64,000 nucleotides of DNA from Octopus vulgaris (lineage: Eukaryota), in the NCBI GenBank assembly GCA_951406725.2, contig OX597819.1, positions 92,008,001 to 92,072,000 of the forward strand, given 5' to 3'. The notes below the pieces were generated by a model that saw only the letters and a list, made by a program, of their open reading frames with translations, was not told where the DNA came from and did no database searches. This document shows, piece after piece, positions 1 to 13,603 of this stretch (position 1 is its first letter; each line of letters starts with the position of its first letter). The translations under genes and the position numbers were made by a program.

Positions 1-380
1 ATTGCATATATTTATTAATCATAATAAAGAATCATTAACTAATTACTCAAATATAACACACTCGTGGCATTCTTCATTTGACGAAATCAGGATATTAGCG
101 CTTGGGAGAATTAATAAAATAATATAAAAATAATCATGGCTAAGAATAAAAACGAAGGGAATCAACTTTTCAAGTTTTATATCCATGCATGTATAGAAAT
201 ATTAAGCATCTAGGCAAAATAAAATTTGCACACACTTACACGCACACACACACACACACACATATAAATACACGCATACATAGAAACTATACCCATGTAT
301 GAGTATACATATACATATACATATATTGTTATATAAGTATATACATATATTTACACAGACTCACACACATGCATACAAAT

Positions 381-536
381 AGGCGCTGCCGTGGTTGTGT
401 GATAAGAAGGTTGCTTACCAACCACATGCTTCCGCGTTAAGTCCCACTGCATGACATTTTGGGCAAGTATTTTCTACTCGGGCCAACCAAAGACTTGTGA
501 GTGGACTTGGTAGATGGAAACTGAAAGAAGTCTCTC

Positions 537-538
<2 letters not shown>
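381..538 (+). mobile_element. tRNA-derived SINE family 1, 5' module (head plus core-like segment)
   Basis: Pol III A-box-like GTGGTTGTGTGATAAG and B-box-like GTTAAGTCCC, then TTGGGCAAGT...GTGAGTGGACTTGGTAGATGGAAACTGAAAGAAG; about 10 copies in the window; ends in (TA)n. Confidence 0.8.
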
Positions 539-614
<76 letters not shown>

Positions 615-615
<1 letters not shown>

Positions 616-866
616 CTTTATTTAAAAGCAGCAGAAATATAACAAAAGCTGTTGCTCAGAGTTGCATGTTCCCGTTGTAAAGGTGTATCCTTTAACTAGT
701 TTTGAACATATTGTTATTTCTGTTCTATTTTACCAAAACTGTCCGACGAATGGGAACGTGAAACTCTGAGTAACAGCTTTTGTTATATTTCTTGTGCTTT
801 TTACTCTACATCTGGTATTTGAGTACTCTCTTTTTCTACCTTGTTTCACATTTATGTGCTTACTCC

Positions 867-868
<2 letters not shown>
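615..868 (+). mobile_element. Penelope-like pLTR fragment with inverted partial copy, inside (TA)n
   Basis: 625-676 is the reverse complement of ~750-801; contains a hammerhead motif; flanked by (TA)n on both sides. Confidence 0.6.
739..776 (+). ncRNA. Minimal type I hammerhead ribozyme motif
   Basis: CTGT-CCGACGA-ATG(GGAA)CGT-GAAA-CTCTGAG-TA-ACAG; stems I, II and III pair; core has C at position 4. Confidence 0.65.
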
Positions 869-958
<90 letters not shown>

Positions 959-974
959 TATATATACCGGAGTA

Positions 975-1049
<75 letters not shown>

Positions 1050-1179
1050 ATAAAAATATCATCTTCCAATTTGTATCGTACAATACACATTTCGACGCTT
1101 CTTATAAAAATCAAATGTCTATCTGTTTACATTTATACATGCATGGTTGATATATATATATATATATATATATATATCA

Positions 1180-1420
1180 TTATAACATATAAGAGGTAAC
1201 AACCATAGGAAACCTAGCACGCTAGAAGTAATAGCCAAAATCCAAACCACCATTAGGGATAACTATCAAAGGGAATGAAAAATAAAAACATCTACCATCT
1301 ATCTCCTGGACCATGGTTTCTAGCTCTATATTAGCAAATAAAATAATTTGCCAGTCGAAGCTTTCATCAACAAAAAACTGCGCTTGCGCAGTGGATTTGA
1401 AAAATTATAATGCATAAGCA
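1180..1420 (-). mobile_element. PLE pLTR-like repeat (copy 1; copy 2 at 19810-20070)
   Basis: Reverse-complement similarity to 19870-20060; hammerhead motif; abuts (TA)n. Confidence 0.6.
1302..1377 (-). ncRNA. Type I hammerhead ribozyme motif
   Basis: Minus strand TTTTTTG-TTGATGA-a-AGCTT...GAGCT-a-GAAA-CCATGG-TC-CAGGAGA; palindromic stem III; GUC site. Confidence 0.6.
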
Positions 1421-1469
1421 CGGGGCACATGCTGGATAGCCTCGTATCTATATGTTTAATCTTGGCGAG

Positions 1470-1655
1470 AAGTTACCTTCTCAAGTCATACCGACTCATA
1501 AGGTTTCATTCCCCACCTGGATGGGTCGCTGGTCCGTCGCAGGGTTACTCATTTTTGCCAGCTGAGTGGACAGGAATAAACGTGAAATGAAGTCTTTTGC
1601 TCAAGAACACAACGCGTCGCCCGGCCCAGGAGCCGAAACCAAAATCTTATAGATA
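1470..1655 (-). mobile_element. tRNA-derived SINE family 4
   Basis: Reverse complement of the 32238-32480 family (GACGCGTTGTGTTCTTGAGCAAAA...CACTCAGCTGGCAAAAATGAGT). Confidence 0.7.
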
Positions 1656-1769
1656 ATAGCAGTAACGGAAGCAAGCAGAACAGGAGGGATATAGAAAACA
1701 AGAGAGAAATGTAGAGGAAGAGAGTGAGAAGGTCGCAAATAACCAACAAGTTAATATCTTTTATGTTTT

Positions 1770-2100
1770 ACCTTTTACTTGTTTCGGTCATTTGACTACG
1801 GCCATGCTGGGTCACTGCTTTGAAGGGTTTTAGTCGAACAAATCGACCCCAGGACTTATTTTTGTTGTTATTGTAGTTATTGCAAAACATGCTGACGTCA
1901 ATACCAGAACAACTGTCAGGTATCTTCACAAATTTGGCTACTATGGCAGAACAGCAAGAAGGAAACTACTTCTTCAACCCGCAAATATGAAGCGGTGAAA
2001 TGATCGAGCCCGTGATAGTAGAGAGGTCACTAGCATTTTGGGATACTGTCTTTTGCCGAACAGCTACGTTATGGGAACGTAAATAAACCAACACCAGCTG
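1770..2100 (-). mobile_element. SINE family 1 3' module, interrupted by a Tc1 fragment
   Basis: TTTTACTTGTTTCGGTCATTTGACT...CGACCCCAGGACTTATT (1773-1860) resumes at CTTTTGCCGAAC (~2050-2100). Confidence 0.6.
1880..2045 (+). pseudogene. Tc1-like transposase fragment (second HTH region)
   Basis: Translates DVNTRTTVRYLHKFGYYGRTARRKLLLQPANMKR*, resembling the Tc1 pattern RTVRRRLH..G...R.ARKKPLL. Confidence 0.65.
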
Positions 2101-2104
2101 ACAT

Positions 2105-2410
2105 ACAAGAAGTAAATAGACACCCCATAAAACATCGTTTTATGTTTATTTTAACTTGAAAGGTTTATATAGGTTTTTATTAATTGATATTTTTATGTTT
2201 CCGGTTCTATATGTGACTGTTTAATCATACCACGTACAAAAGAAGCCTTGGAACTGTCCGGATTTCAAAGAGGCCATATTGTGGGCCAATCTGAAGACGG
2301 ACTTAGCCAACGTAAAATCGCAGAAAACATTGGGATCCCACTTCCTGCAGTTAATAGAGTGATTGTGCAATTCACCAGGGAGGGGAAGGAGTCTACCAGA
2401 TCCACCCATC
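2105..2410 (+). pseudogene. Tc1-like transposase N-terminal HTH fragment with upstream sequence
   Basis: [41 protein letters not shown] resembles Tc1 N-termini (ELSDFERG.IVG....G.S.REIA). Confidence 0.7.
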
Positions 2411-3031
2411 AGGTTTCGGTCGGCCCGAAGCTATGACAGAAGATACCACTTGCCTAAGATGCAACGCAGTTGAACTGATCTCGGGACCGGAAGATAGCTT
2501 CCTAATACAGCAAAAATAAAAGTTGGCTGCGCTGCATTACGATAACTATATAAAAAAATGAACCCTGATCAAACTACTGGGCTACAATATCATAGGTGTT
2601 GAATATATATCTATAGACTTTTTAAAAAATAAATACTCTATTTAAATAAATAGGAAAAAAGTGACAACCACTTGGCTTTATACAGTGTCTTTGTGAACAG
2701 ACAAAAACAAGTGATCAGCAGGACATCTTTGAATCCTCGTTTTGCGCACACACATAACCTGTCCCACATATACACATTCCGGAGTTAAATTTTTCTATCA
2801 AATGATCCGACCTGTTGTTACTGTTGGATGTTTTTTTTGTGTGTTTTGAAACTGAAGCAATTACATCCAAGTAGAACCATTCTGTCATTTAATAAAACTC
2901 AAACCTGTTAAAGTCACTTAATATTTAAATTTATTTCGTGAGGTGGCAACATTTTCATTTTCAAACTTAAAGGGAATTTAACATTTGTGATATTGAACGG
3001 GTAGATTGTGGTTCTTCCGTGATGTAGCTGT

Positions 3032-3102
<71 letters not shown>

Positions 3103-4305
3103 ATACTCACACACTCACACATTCACACAGACACATGTACATACCAAGCATACTTAATTAATTACGAGAATGTAAGAGAGAAAGAGAGAGAAAAATAAGG
3201 ATGGGCAAAGAAGGAAAACGAGCAAACAATTAGCGTGTAGGATGCAGAAAGTGACAGAAAATTAAACTGACAAAGCTATAAATATATTGACAGAGAACAT
3301 GAGGAAAGTGGTACATACATACATATACAAACATACATACATACATATACATATACTTACACACACATATATACATGCGTAAACACACATGAAGACGGAA
3401 AAGGAGAGTAAGGGGAACTGAAGAAGAAAGTGTGGGAGAGTGTGTTGGAGAAAGAAAGAGAATAGAGAGGAGAGAAACCATGCCTGTGTACAGCCCAATT
3501 TGTTTTTATAATTAGACATCGTTAAATTTCATTATTTTTACTGAGAGCGATGGTCAATATAAAATGGCAGTCAATAACTATTGATCTGAAAGTTGAATTG
3601 ATTGAAGCTCATCGGAACATCGAGTAGGAGGCAAATAACAATAAGACTAACATTATTAACAAGAACAAAAATAGATGCAGTATCAACGGCAGCAATAAGA
3701 TCGGTAGCAACAACAGCAGCAGTAGCAACATCAGTAGCATGAATAATACTAACGGCAATAGTAATAACAGCAACAGTAGCAAAAACACCAATAGCAACAG
3801 CCGTAGCAACAACGAGAAGAACGTGGAAAATGTAAAGAAAAAAAGATGGTGTTTAAGGGACAAAAATACATTATTTATTTGGAAGAAAGCAATAAGATTA
3901 CGTTCTTGAAACCATTGCTGACGGTTGTTGAATTGCAAAAAAACAGACGTGAGAAAGACATTTAAAGCAGCAGAGAATGAAAATTGACAAAATTTACGAA
4001 TAGTAAGTAAATAAATAAGTAAAGAAAGAAATAGAATATATAAAAAAAAGAAATGGTTTGCTTTTTAAACGTAGATAGGTTCATCGGAGAATTATCGCGT
4101 AAATTCGATATTTTCTCATCAATCTGGATGCAAACAGAAATAATGGTTTCCAAATAGAATAATTATTTCGATTTTTTTTTTAAAAATTATTTCTTTAAAC
4201 TAGTATTTAGTAATTTGGTTTTCGAAAACTGGTTCTATTTAATCAGCTATTGATGGTATGGCGAAGCATTGCAGCTGTAAAGTAAATCTCAGCTATTTGT
4301 TTTTG

Positions 4306-4810
4306 TATGTATGTATGTATGTATGTATGTATGTATGTATGTATGTATGTTTGTATGTATGTATGTATGTATGTATGTATGTATGTATGTATGTATGTAT
4401 TATGTGTGTATGTATGTATGTATGTATGTATGTATGTATGTATGTATGTATGTATTATGAATGTATGTATGTATGCATGTATGAATGTATGTATGTATGC
4501 ATTTATGTATGTATGTATGTATGTATGTATGTATGTATGAATGTATGTATGAATGTATGTATGTATGAATGTATGTATGTATGTATGTATGTATGTATGT
4601 ATGTATGTATGTATGTATGTATGTATGTATGTATGTATGTATGTATGTATGTATGTATGTTTGAATGAATGTATGTATGTATGTATGTATGTATGTATGA
4701 ATGTATGTATGTATGTATGAATGTATGTATGTATGCATTTACGTATGTATGTATGTATGTATGTATGTATGTATGTATGTATGTATGTATGTATGTATGT
4801 ATGTATGTAT
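4306..4810. repeat. (TATG)n microsatellite, ~500 bp
   Basis: Direct reading. Confidence 0.97.
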
Positions 4811-5704
4811 AGCATTGAAATCGTCTATCAGACGAAATAGGTTATAATTTTGGTAATACAGCGAGAGATAAATTACTCTTTATAAGAATTTAAGAATATA
4901 AATTTTAACCAATGTACAAATTCACAGATGCATCTATTTTTACATGCATACAATATAGATGGCTACAACTTTAGGCGTTCTCAAAATAAGATTATAATTA
5001 AAAAATAAAGACCACAGAGCAGACAAACAAAAGAGTAAGAAGCAATTGATTAGCATTTTTAATACAACCAATCTGTAATATAGTTTTTGGTTCATAAAAC
5101 ATTCTCAAAATGCCGATGTAAATTTACAGATGGGACAAACGTACACAAGCACTTATGTATGTTATAAAAAACATATGCAAACATACGCATGTATTAAAAG
5201 CTTTTTCCTTATTACGGAAGCTAATCAGACTCAGTATCAATTTGTTCGTGAATACTTGTTAACAATTCACTAACTAATAATTATCAAAACCGAATATTTC
5301 GGTGGTTGAATGACATTTATAATCACCAGTTCTATAAGTATTAATAACGTTTTTCTTTCCGAGACTAGATGGCGCTAATCTACGTCACCAATGCAGTTCC
5401 GTCTTCCACACCTTGTGAATTTCACCGTTGCGCATTGTTAAAGTGATTCCTTCGTCAAGACTTTAACATCTGTTATATTACTTTGCAAGGCTCTGGCGGT
5501 GATTCTCCTCTAGTCAAATCTCTCGATTTAGATTTATCCGATTTAGACCAAAACCTGTCAGAAACAAAACTCCTGCCAATATAGCTCTTTGGGTTTTAGA
5601 TATACGCTAGTTCCACTACAACGATCGCAGAAGAACCATTGGTGAAGTTATGCTTGTTCTTCTGGTAATACCTAAATACACGTGAAACAAACAAGACTCA
5701 CGAA

Positions 5705-5973
5705 TTCTGTCTGTCTTCCTGTCTGTCTATCAGTTTGATAGACAATTTGATGCCTGCCTCTCTGCTTGTCCTACCTGTCTGCCTGTCTGTCTGCCTGCCT
5801 GCCTGTCTGCTTGTCCTGCCTGTCTGCCTGTCTGTCTGCCTGCCTGTCTGCTTGTCCTGCCTATCTGCCTGTCTGTCTGTCTGTCTGTGTCCCTGTGTGT
5901 CTATGTGTGTCTGTCTGCCTGTCTGTCTGTTCGTCTGGCTGTCTCTCATTTTCTCTCCCTCTTGTGCGCGTGC

Positions 5974-6041
<68 letters not shown>
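5705..6041. repeat. (TCTG/CCTG)n followed by (CA)n
   Basis: Direct reading. Confidence 0.95.
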
Positions 6042-6045
<4 letters not shown>

Positions 6046-6340
6046 TGACCAGCAGTGATTTTTACAGTTGGAAGGAACTCATTGAAGGAAAATCTGAGTA
6101 GGTAGAGTGAAGAATGAAACCGACCTACGTTATTCATTACACGCTGCTGTAAGGAAAATCCCGCGAGTCAAATAAAAACGGACGAGTTGCGGCCAGATAA
6201 ATTGATGATTCGGATAATTTCTGGTATGAATTTATATTAATGTTTATTGACTGTTTATTGAGAAATCTGAGAATTAGATTTCAGGCTGTGAGCGATAACA
6301 CAAACCAGCCCTCAGATAAACGATACGAAATTACAACTTC

Positions 6341-6735
6341 TGTATGTGTATGTATGTATGTATGTATGTATGTATGTATGTATGTATGTATGTATGTATG
6401 TATGTATGTATGTATGTATGTATGTATGTATGCTTGTATGTATGCATGTATGTATGTATGTTTATATGTATGTATGTATGTGTAAATATAGATACATACA
6501 TATATATATATATCACTTTCTTCGGGTGCTTTGTATATATATATATACACACACACACATATGTGTGCGTGTGCGTGTTTATATGTGTATGTTTGTGCGT
6601 ATCTATCTATCTATCTTTCTACCTACCTACCTACTTGCCTACCTACCTACCTACCTACCTACCTACCTACCTACCTACCTACCTACCTGCCTGCTTATCT
6701 GCCTGCTTGCTTGCCTGTCTGTCTGTCTGTCTGTA

Positions 6736-6773
<38 letters not shown>

Positions 6774-6830
6774 TCTATTTACTTACCTACCTACCTACCT
6801 ACCTACCTACCTACCTACCTACCTACCTAC

Positions 6831-6862
<32 letters not shown>

Positions 6863-6863
6863 A

Positions 6864-6894
<31 letters not shown>

Positions 6895-6939
6895 ATAGTA
6901 ATAATAATACTAATAATAATAAAGATGATGATGATAATG

Positions 6940-6990
<51 letters not shown>
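6341..6990. repeat. Compound microsatellite (TATG)(TACC)(TCTG)(TATC)(AAT)(GAT)
   Basis: Direct reading. Confidence 0.95.
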
Positions 6991-7019
6991 GCCGCAAATA
7001 CTTGAGCAGTATCACTAAT

Positions 7020-7639
7020 TAGACTCTCAGTAGCTTTTGTAAAACTGAGTAACAAAGCTACTCAGAAGAACGAGGAAGGAAAACAATATGAATGGAGAAC
7101 TCAATCCAAAGGCAGGAGTAGCAAGATTTATATTTACCTAGAAAGGAAGGCGGAAGAGGGTTAATTTCAGTGGAAGACAGCGTGGCGTTAGCTAGAGTAG
7201 ATATAGACTCTTATGTAGGTAATATTGAAGAAAGCTTACTAAAAGCTGCTAGAGTCACAGGAATACATAGGGAAGCCAAAACTCGAACCAGGACCTAGCC
7301 ATTGAATTACAGAGACTATGGAAATGGTGAAGAAATCAATAATGAGAGGTATAGAGAAAATAGCAAAGTACCAGGACCTAACAATTAAATTACAGAGACT
7401 ATGGAAAGTGCGAGTAAAATGTGTCCCAGTAGTTATATGTGCATTGGGAACAAGCCCTAAAAATCTGAACAGATGGATAGAGGAAATAGGCACAAAACCC
7501 AGTTTAGTACAGTTGCAGAAAACAGTGATATTAGGGACAGCTATGATTCATAAGAGGGTTCTTGGCATCTAAGGTTACTTGTAGCCTGATGTTAGGATTT
7601 TTTCTTTTCCAGCAATCTAATCTGTTGTGCGTATATGAA

Positions 7640-7640
<1 letters not shown>
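7020..7640 (+). mobile_element. R4/Dong-like RLE non-LTR retrotransposon 3' remnant, internally deleted
   Basis: MNGELNPKA..R / YLPRKEGGRGLISVED (post-RT motif) and EKIAKYQDLTIKLQRLWKVRVKCVPVVICALG...LQKTVILGT (RLE C-terminus); short 3' UTR runs into (AAT)n at 7640-7717. Confidence 0.85.
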
Positions 7641-7717
<77 letters not shown>

Positions 7718-8169
7718 CCATGAATGGAATTTATAAATATTTTAAAGTATCGCTACGTGCGTTTCCACAAATCATATATCTCTTACGATCATAGTCCGTA
7801 TTTCTTGGAGGAATACAGTACAGTTCGTAGTACCTATAAAAGTAGGGTGGCTCCTATTCATGTTTTCATTTCCCCTGGATGGCGTTAATGTTGGAATCTG
7901 TGACTGTATAACTGAAGGTTGTTTATCAATTTTGACCAATGAAAATGTTGGTTGTGATATGTGGGAAGTTCTGTGTATATTTAGAGGGGAGGAGTAGAAG
8001 GTGATAAAAAGTGAGGAAGGAATGGTATTCTTAAAGGAGAAGGAGGCGTGTGTGTGGTGATGTTAGACTTATTTTGATATTTGAGTATACAGATGTCATG
8101 ATGGGTAGTATAATTAATTGGTTTGATCTTAGTTACAGCAGGCTAAGTCGCTTTAAGCAAACACTACAG

Positions 8170-8209
<40 letters not shown>

Positions 8210-9177
8210 GCGTTTAATATATAAATGTACAGACAAGCATAAAGCATACACGCATGTGCACACGAGCGTGTGTGAGAAGGTATATGTATGCTGTCAATTT
8301 GAATTTGGTAAAAAACAGAAAATACGTAATTGGATGCAATTCCTATTGATTGACACTGGAGTCACTGAAACAATGCAGTGTTGTAATCATTACTCAATGT
8401 TGCATTGTATGTCATTATAGTAATGATCACTTTCGTTGATATTGTTGGTGTTGCGATGTGATTAAACGCATTGATTAACGCATGTATGATTGAAGACGTT
8501 GATGTCAGAATGTCTTCTGATCTTCCAGACACTGTGTTTGTCAATCGATGATAAATGAAGACCATGATTTCGATTACGCGTCACAGCAACGAGGAATGCA
8601 ACCCTGCCAGCAGGAGATCGGTCATTCATCACTGATTCCGCCTATTCTATACCTCCCGTGTATCTATCCCAGCGAGGAAACAACACAAATCTCTATATTT
8701 CATTGTCGCACTAGAAAAAAAAAGTCTGTTGTTTGTTTGTGATTCTAACAAGCTCGTATTGAACCAAAATGCCACGTTTTCTATTTGACATTGTCTATCC
8801 AGGATTGCACTGTACAAGGATTCCTGTTTCCTTTACAAATCAAATGAATATAATTTGGACGCCATTTCTTGTAGATGGGTACCTACTTCGTAATTAAACG
8901 TCAGAGATTTGGTAATAATATAAGGAAACTTAAGTTTATTTTTCATGGTTGAGATTTAACTGTCAGAAATGGAGACACGTTTTCAGTATCTCCAGATCGA
9001 AGACCAAGGAAAACTAGCCGTGTTTTATTATGGCCTGTTCTGTTAAGGATTTTAAAGGACGGGTTGTATTTGCATACTAGGCTTATTAAACATTTGCATG
9101 TAAATTTAATTTCAACCAACGTACACATATATATTTCTTCTAACAGCGTCAGTGTTGTTTCAATATCTTCTCTTTTA

Positions 9178-9680
9178 AAAGGCGGCGAGCTGGCAGCAAC
9201 TGTGTCGATCTAATCGGTTGGCCCCTCCCCCCAAATTTCAGGGATTGTGCCTGGAGTAGAAAAGAATATCTTCTCTTTTGAAAGCGGTGAACTGGCAGAA
9301 ACGTTAGCACGCCGGGCGAAATGCTTAGCAATATTTCGTCTGCCGCCACGTTCTGAGTTAAAATTCTGCCGAGGTCGACTTTGCCGTACATCCTTTCGGG
9401 GTCGATTAAATAAGTACCAGTTACGCACTGGGGTCGATATAATCGACTTAATCCATTTGTCTGTCCTTGTTTGCCTTCTCTGTGTTTAGCCCCTTGTGGG
9501 TAGTAAAGAAATAGGTATTTCGTCTGTCTTTACTTCCTAAGTCCAAATTCTGCCGAGGTCGACTTTGCCTTTCATCCTTTCGGGGGTCGCTAAATTAAGT
9601 TCCCGTTGCGTACTGGAATCGATTTAATCGACTGTCCCCCTCCCCAAAATTTCGGGCTTTGTACCTAGAGTAGAAAAAAA
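9178..9680 (+). mobile_element. SINE family 2 cluster (Meta/Sauria-like central domain), tandem or nested pieces
   Basis: GGCGGCGAGCTGGCAG head, GTTCTGAGTTAAAATTC B-box, GAGGTCGACTTTGCCTTTCATCCTTTCGGGG domain repeated. Confidence 0.75.
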
Positions 9681-10099
9681 TTTCTTCGCTTTAGAGGAAA
9701 TGCAGAAATATGTTAAACGATATGTACCGTTGTCACCAATGAAAGAGATATTGACTCTACATATCTAATGCATTGAATGTATTTTTTTGTCAACTCTTTA
9801 CCAACTCTACATTTATAATACGCATACATACGGATACACACGTATATTTATGAATACGTGTTTGTATGAATACGTGTATGTGTGAGTATATAATGCCTGT
9901 CTGTTAGCCAGTATGTATATATGTATTTTTATTTCTCTCAACTCTTTCAAGGAGTGGATTTGAACGGGGTTGCTGGTTTGGTAACCGGACGACCGGGCAT
10001 AAATCAAGATGTGGGATTATATATAAATATGGGCAAGGGACTAAATAACAAGGCCTCGAATAAATGTCTACATTCCCACATCATATATGAATGTCCATA

Positions 10100-11202
10100 T
10101 CTATATATATAAAACTCAACTTGTGTGTCTGTGTATCTGTGTGTGTGTCTGTGTGTTTAACTTCCCGGCACATCTCCTCCTAGCCAACAAGTCGTAGAAC
10201 CACCAAAAATGGGTAACTTAAAGTTTAGGCGAATGAAAATTGAACTGCGCTATTTCTGTTCAGAAATTCATCTCGCAAGTGCAAAAATCGATAATGTGTT
10301 TGTTTAGGCCTTATCCCATGCATTGAATAGTGAACTTTACTCAGTCAGCTGTTTGACGTGAACTGTGCTCACTACGCGTGCCAGCATGCGTATATTGCAT
10401 GAAAAATAAAAAACCAAGATATAAAAACGAATCGCCGTAAACATTGTAGAAATTCGGCAAAGAAATGAATTTTCGGGATGTAGCCTGGAGGGTTTTTTTC
10501 GTATTAATCGTTTGGACTTTGTGAACACATACCAATTGTTTTCATAACATTTTTAACGCTTTGAATTAAATGTGACCATTTTGCGTTGAGTCTGCAGTTT
10601 GAATCACTTTAACCAAATTTTAGCAGGCCGGATTTTTGATCATCACGATACATCGCCAGCGACTCCCTGAAACTCTCCCCTGAAATCCTCTTTGAGAAAT
10701 CTCTCTATATAAAACTCAACTTGTGTGTCTGTGTGTGTATCTGTGTGTGTGTCTATGTGTTTAACTTTTGGATCTACCAAGTTTCATTATTAAGGATGGA
10801 AAGTAGTGTGTAGCAAATCTATATAAAGCTGAAGTTGTCCGTGTGTGGCAGGTTTGGTAGCCTTCAACTAACACTATCTCCTTCGAGACCCTGCAGCGCA
10901 AGTTGACCAAAATTTTGAGAGTATGACAGGAGAAGGCTTGCTCTTCATTCTGTAGAAGATAAACTTCAAACCGGACCATGTTAACACCAAAAATTAGTTA
11001 CAACAAAAAAGCGCTTTTTTCTATGAAAATCCTTATTTTTTACGATTTTTGACTGCTGTGTCACCATTTTCGGTGTATTTCAACTGGAAAAATGTTCACT
11101 TGAACAGAATAACAAGTTGCATAATGCAAAATTTTTACTTTTCAAAAATTCCAATTCTAAAGGGCCGAAACAAACCCAAGCAACACCGGGTGATACTGCT
11201 GG
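10100..11202 (+). mobile_element. Non-autonomous Helitron-like element with two 5' ends
   Basis: A|TCTATATATATAAAACTCAAC at 10100 and a variant at 10700; 3' CCCAAGCAACACCGGG imperfect hairpin then CTGG|T at 11199-11203. Confidence 0.7.
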
Positions 11203-11586
11203 TATATATATATATATATAGTTTGTGATTTTTTTGAGCTTTAATAACAGCATATTAGTCTACCTTGAGTATTTCAGTAATATTTTTCGCCTACCTTGTT
11301 TTGTATCTACGTACTTACTCGCGCGCGCGTGTGTGTGTTAGACAATGTGTATGTGTAACATGTGAACGTGTCTGTGAATTCTATTATTGTAAAATATGTA
11401 TGCACACACATACGCATACGCATATATACATGCATACACACATACACACACACATACTTACGTACACACACACACATATATATATATATGTATACATACA
11501 TATATAGATACATACGTATATGCATGCATTACGTACATCCATAGACACACACACATTCGGGGGAAATCAAATGACACAGTAATGAA

Positions 11587-11588
11587 TA

Positions 11589-11660
<72 letters not shown>
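11587..11660. repeat. (GAAA)n microsatellite
   Basis: Direct reading. Confidence 0.95.
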
Positions 11661-11877
11661 ACAGAAATAAAAATCTGCCTAAGATCGTTTGTTGTGGTTT
11701 GGTCAATATTTAAGTCTGAGGGGAAAAAACCCCAAAACAAATAAAAAATAAATATTGGATTTTCAAACACTCACAAACACACATATACATATGGCTATGC
11801 ATATATATATACATACATACATACATACATACATACATACATACATACATGAATACATGAATACATACATGAATACG

Positions 11878-11928
<51 letters not shown>

Positions 11929-12443
11929 GCACACATACACACACGTATAGTTTTTACATATATATAAAAATATAAAGAGAAGTGATGATGAAAAAGATCA
12001 TAATAGGAATTAATGAAAATTAGAATTTACAATATATCAGAAAACTGTGAAAGAAAAGTCAAAAGAATATTCTTAAAATTTATTGTTTATTTATGACTGA
12101 GAATAATGAAACAAATGTATGTATGTATGTATGTATGTATGTATGTATGTATGTATGTATGTATGTATGTATGTATGTATGTATGTATGTATGTATGTAT
12201 GTATGTATGTATGTATGCATGTATGTATATATCTATCTATCTGGCAACCTCTCTGTTTCTTCGGCCCTCTGTCTGCCTGTTGTCTATGAACGAATGTGTG
12301 TATGTATGTATATTTGTATATATGTATGTATTTATGTATGTATGTATATTTGAATATATGTTTGCATGTATGCATGTATGTATATTTGAATGCTTGTATG
12401 CATGTATGCATATATATTTGAATGTATGTACATATGTATGTAT

Positions 12444-12526
<83 letters not shown>

Positions 12527-13572
12527 GTGGATCAAAAAGAGGCCGAGGAAGGGCGAATGGCACCGCGAGTGTCGCGTTGCTCTCAAGCAACTCTGCCGTC
12601 CTGGGTCGACCTTAAGTGACTTCAACACAACCAAAGCATTCTATAGGGGTTTAGTGGAGGGGAGGTACGACGACGAGCTCGGGGCGAACCTGGACGTCGA
12701 CGAGGAGTACCTGACCCGCCTGTTCAGGACGACCTTCGGGCCAGGGCCCATGGACAACTTCCAGAGATCCCTGGCCTGGCAGTGCTACCGAGAAGCGCTA
12801 CCCGTTCGGGATAAGCTCTACAGACACGGCTCGAGAAACACGGGGCCGATCTGCCCGAGATGCGGTCAGAGCGACGAAACCGTTCTGCACGCACTCGTTC
12901 AGTGCCCAACAATTTCCGACCTGTGGGCTTATGTCGAACAACTGCTGTCACGTGTGGGACGAGTCGGTTTATCAGCTGAGTCTATCGTCAATATTGTCAC
13001 GCCTCCTTCCTTCAAACGGGAAGGAAGAGCTATTTTCATCATCCTTGTGGCTATGGCGAAAGAATGTATCTGGTGGACGCGTCTGAAAGGATTGGAGACA
13101 AACACTTTCCTCTCTGGTCAATCTCTCATCAACTTCTTCAAGTACCACTTGAAAAGGAAAGTGAGAGTAGAGAGGCAAGTTTTGTCTAGCGAATGTTTTA
13201 AAAAAAGATGGGTGAATGTAGCAAGAATAGCACGTATGAATGACGAAGCCACCTTGAGCATAGTCCTATGAACCCAGAAATCGAAAACAGAGAGTTGCTT
13301 ATTTGCAAAAAAAAAAAAAAAAAAAAAAAGAAATATAAAATGTGACTTCATTGACCGAGGTTACCGTGGTCTTTTCCGTAGGCTTTTCTTTCCACGGGTA
13401 AACCTCACCTGTCCTCCCCTTTACACTTCATATTGACATTTCTGTGATAACGATCCCTATTGATCAATTTTTTTTTTTTTTTTTTTTTTTTCTCTCCCCC
13501 CTTTTTTTTAACCCCCCTTTTTTTGTCCTCTTTCTCTCCTTTTACGATCCCTTTTGATCGAAACTCCCCCTT

Positions 13573-13603
<31 letters not shown>

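Noticed and set aside
6250-6325. Minus-strand hammerhead-like string GTTTAT-CTGAGG-GCTG...CAGCCT-GAAA-TCT...AGA
   Set aside because: The core lacks A9 and the cleavage-site spacing does not fit; too degenerate to call.
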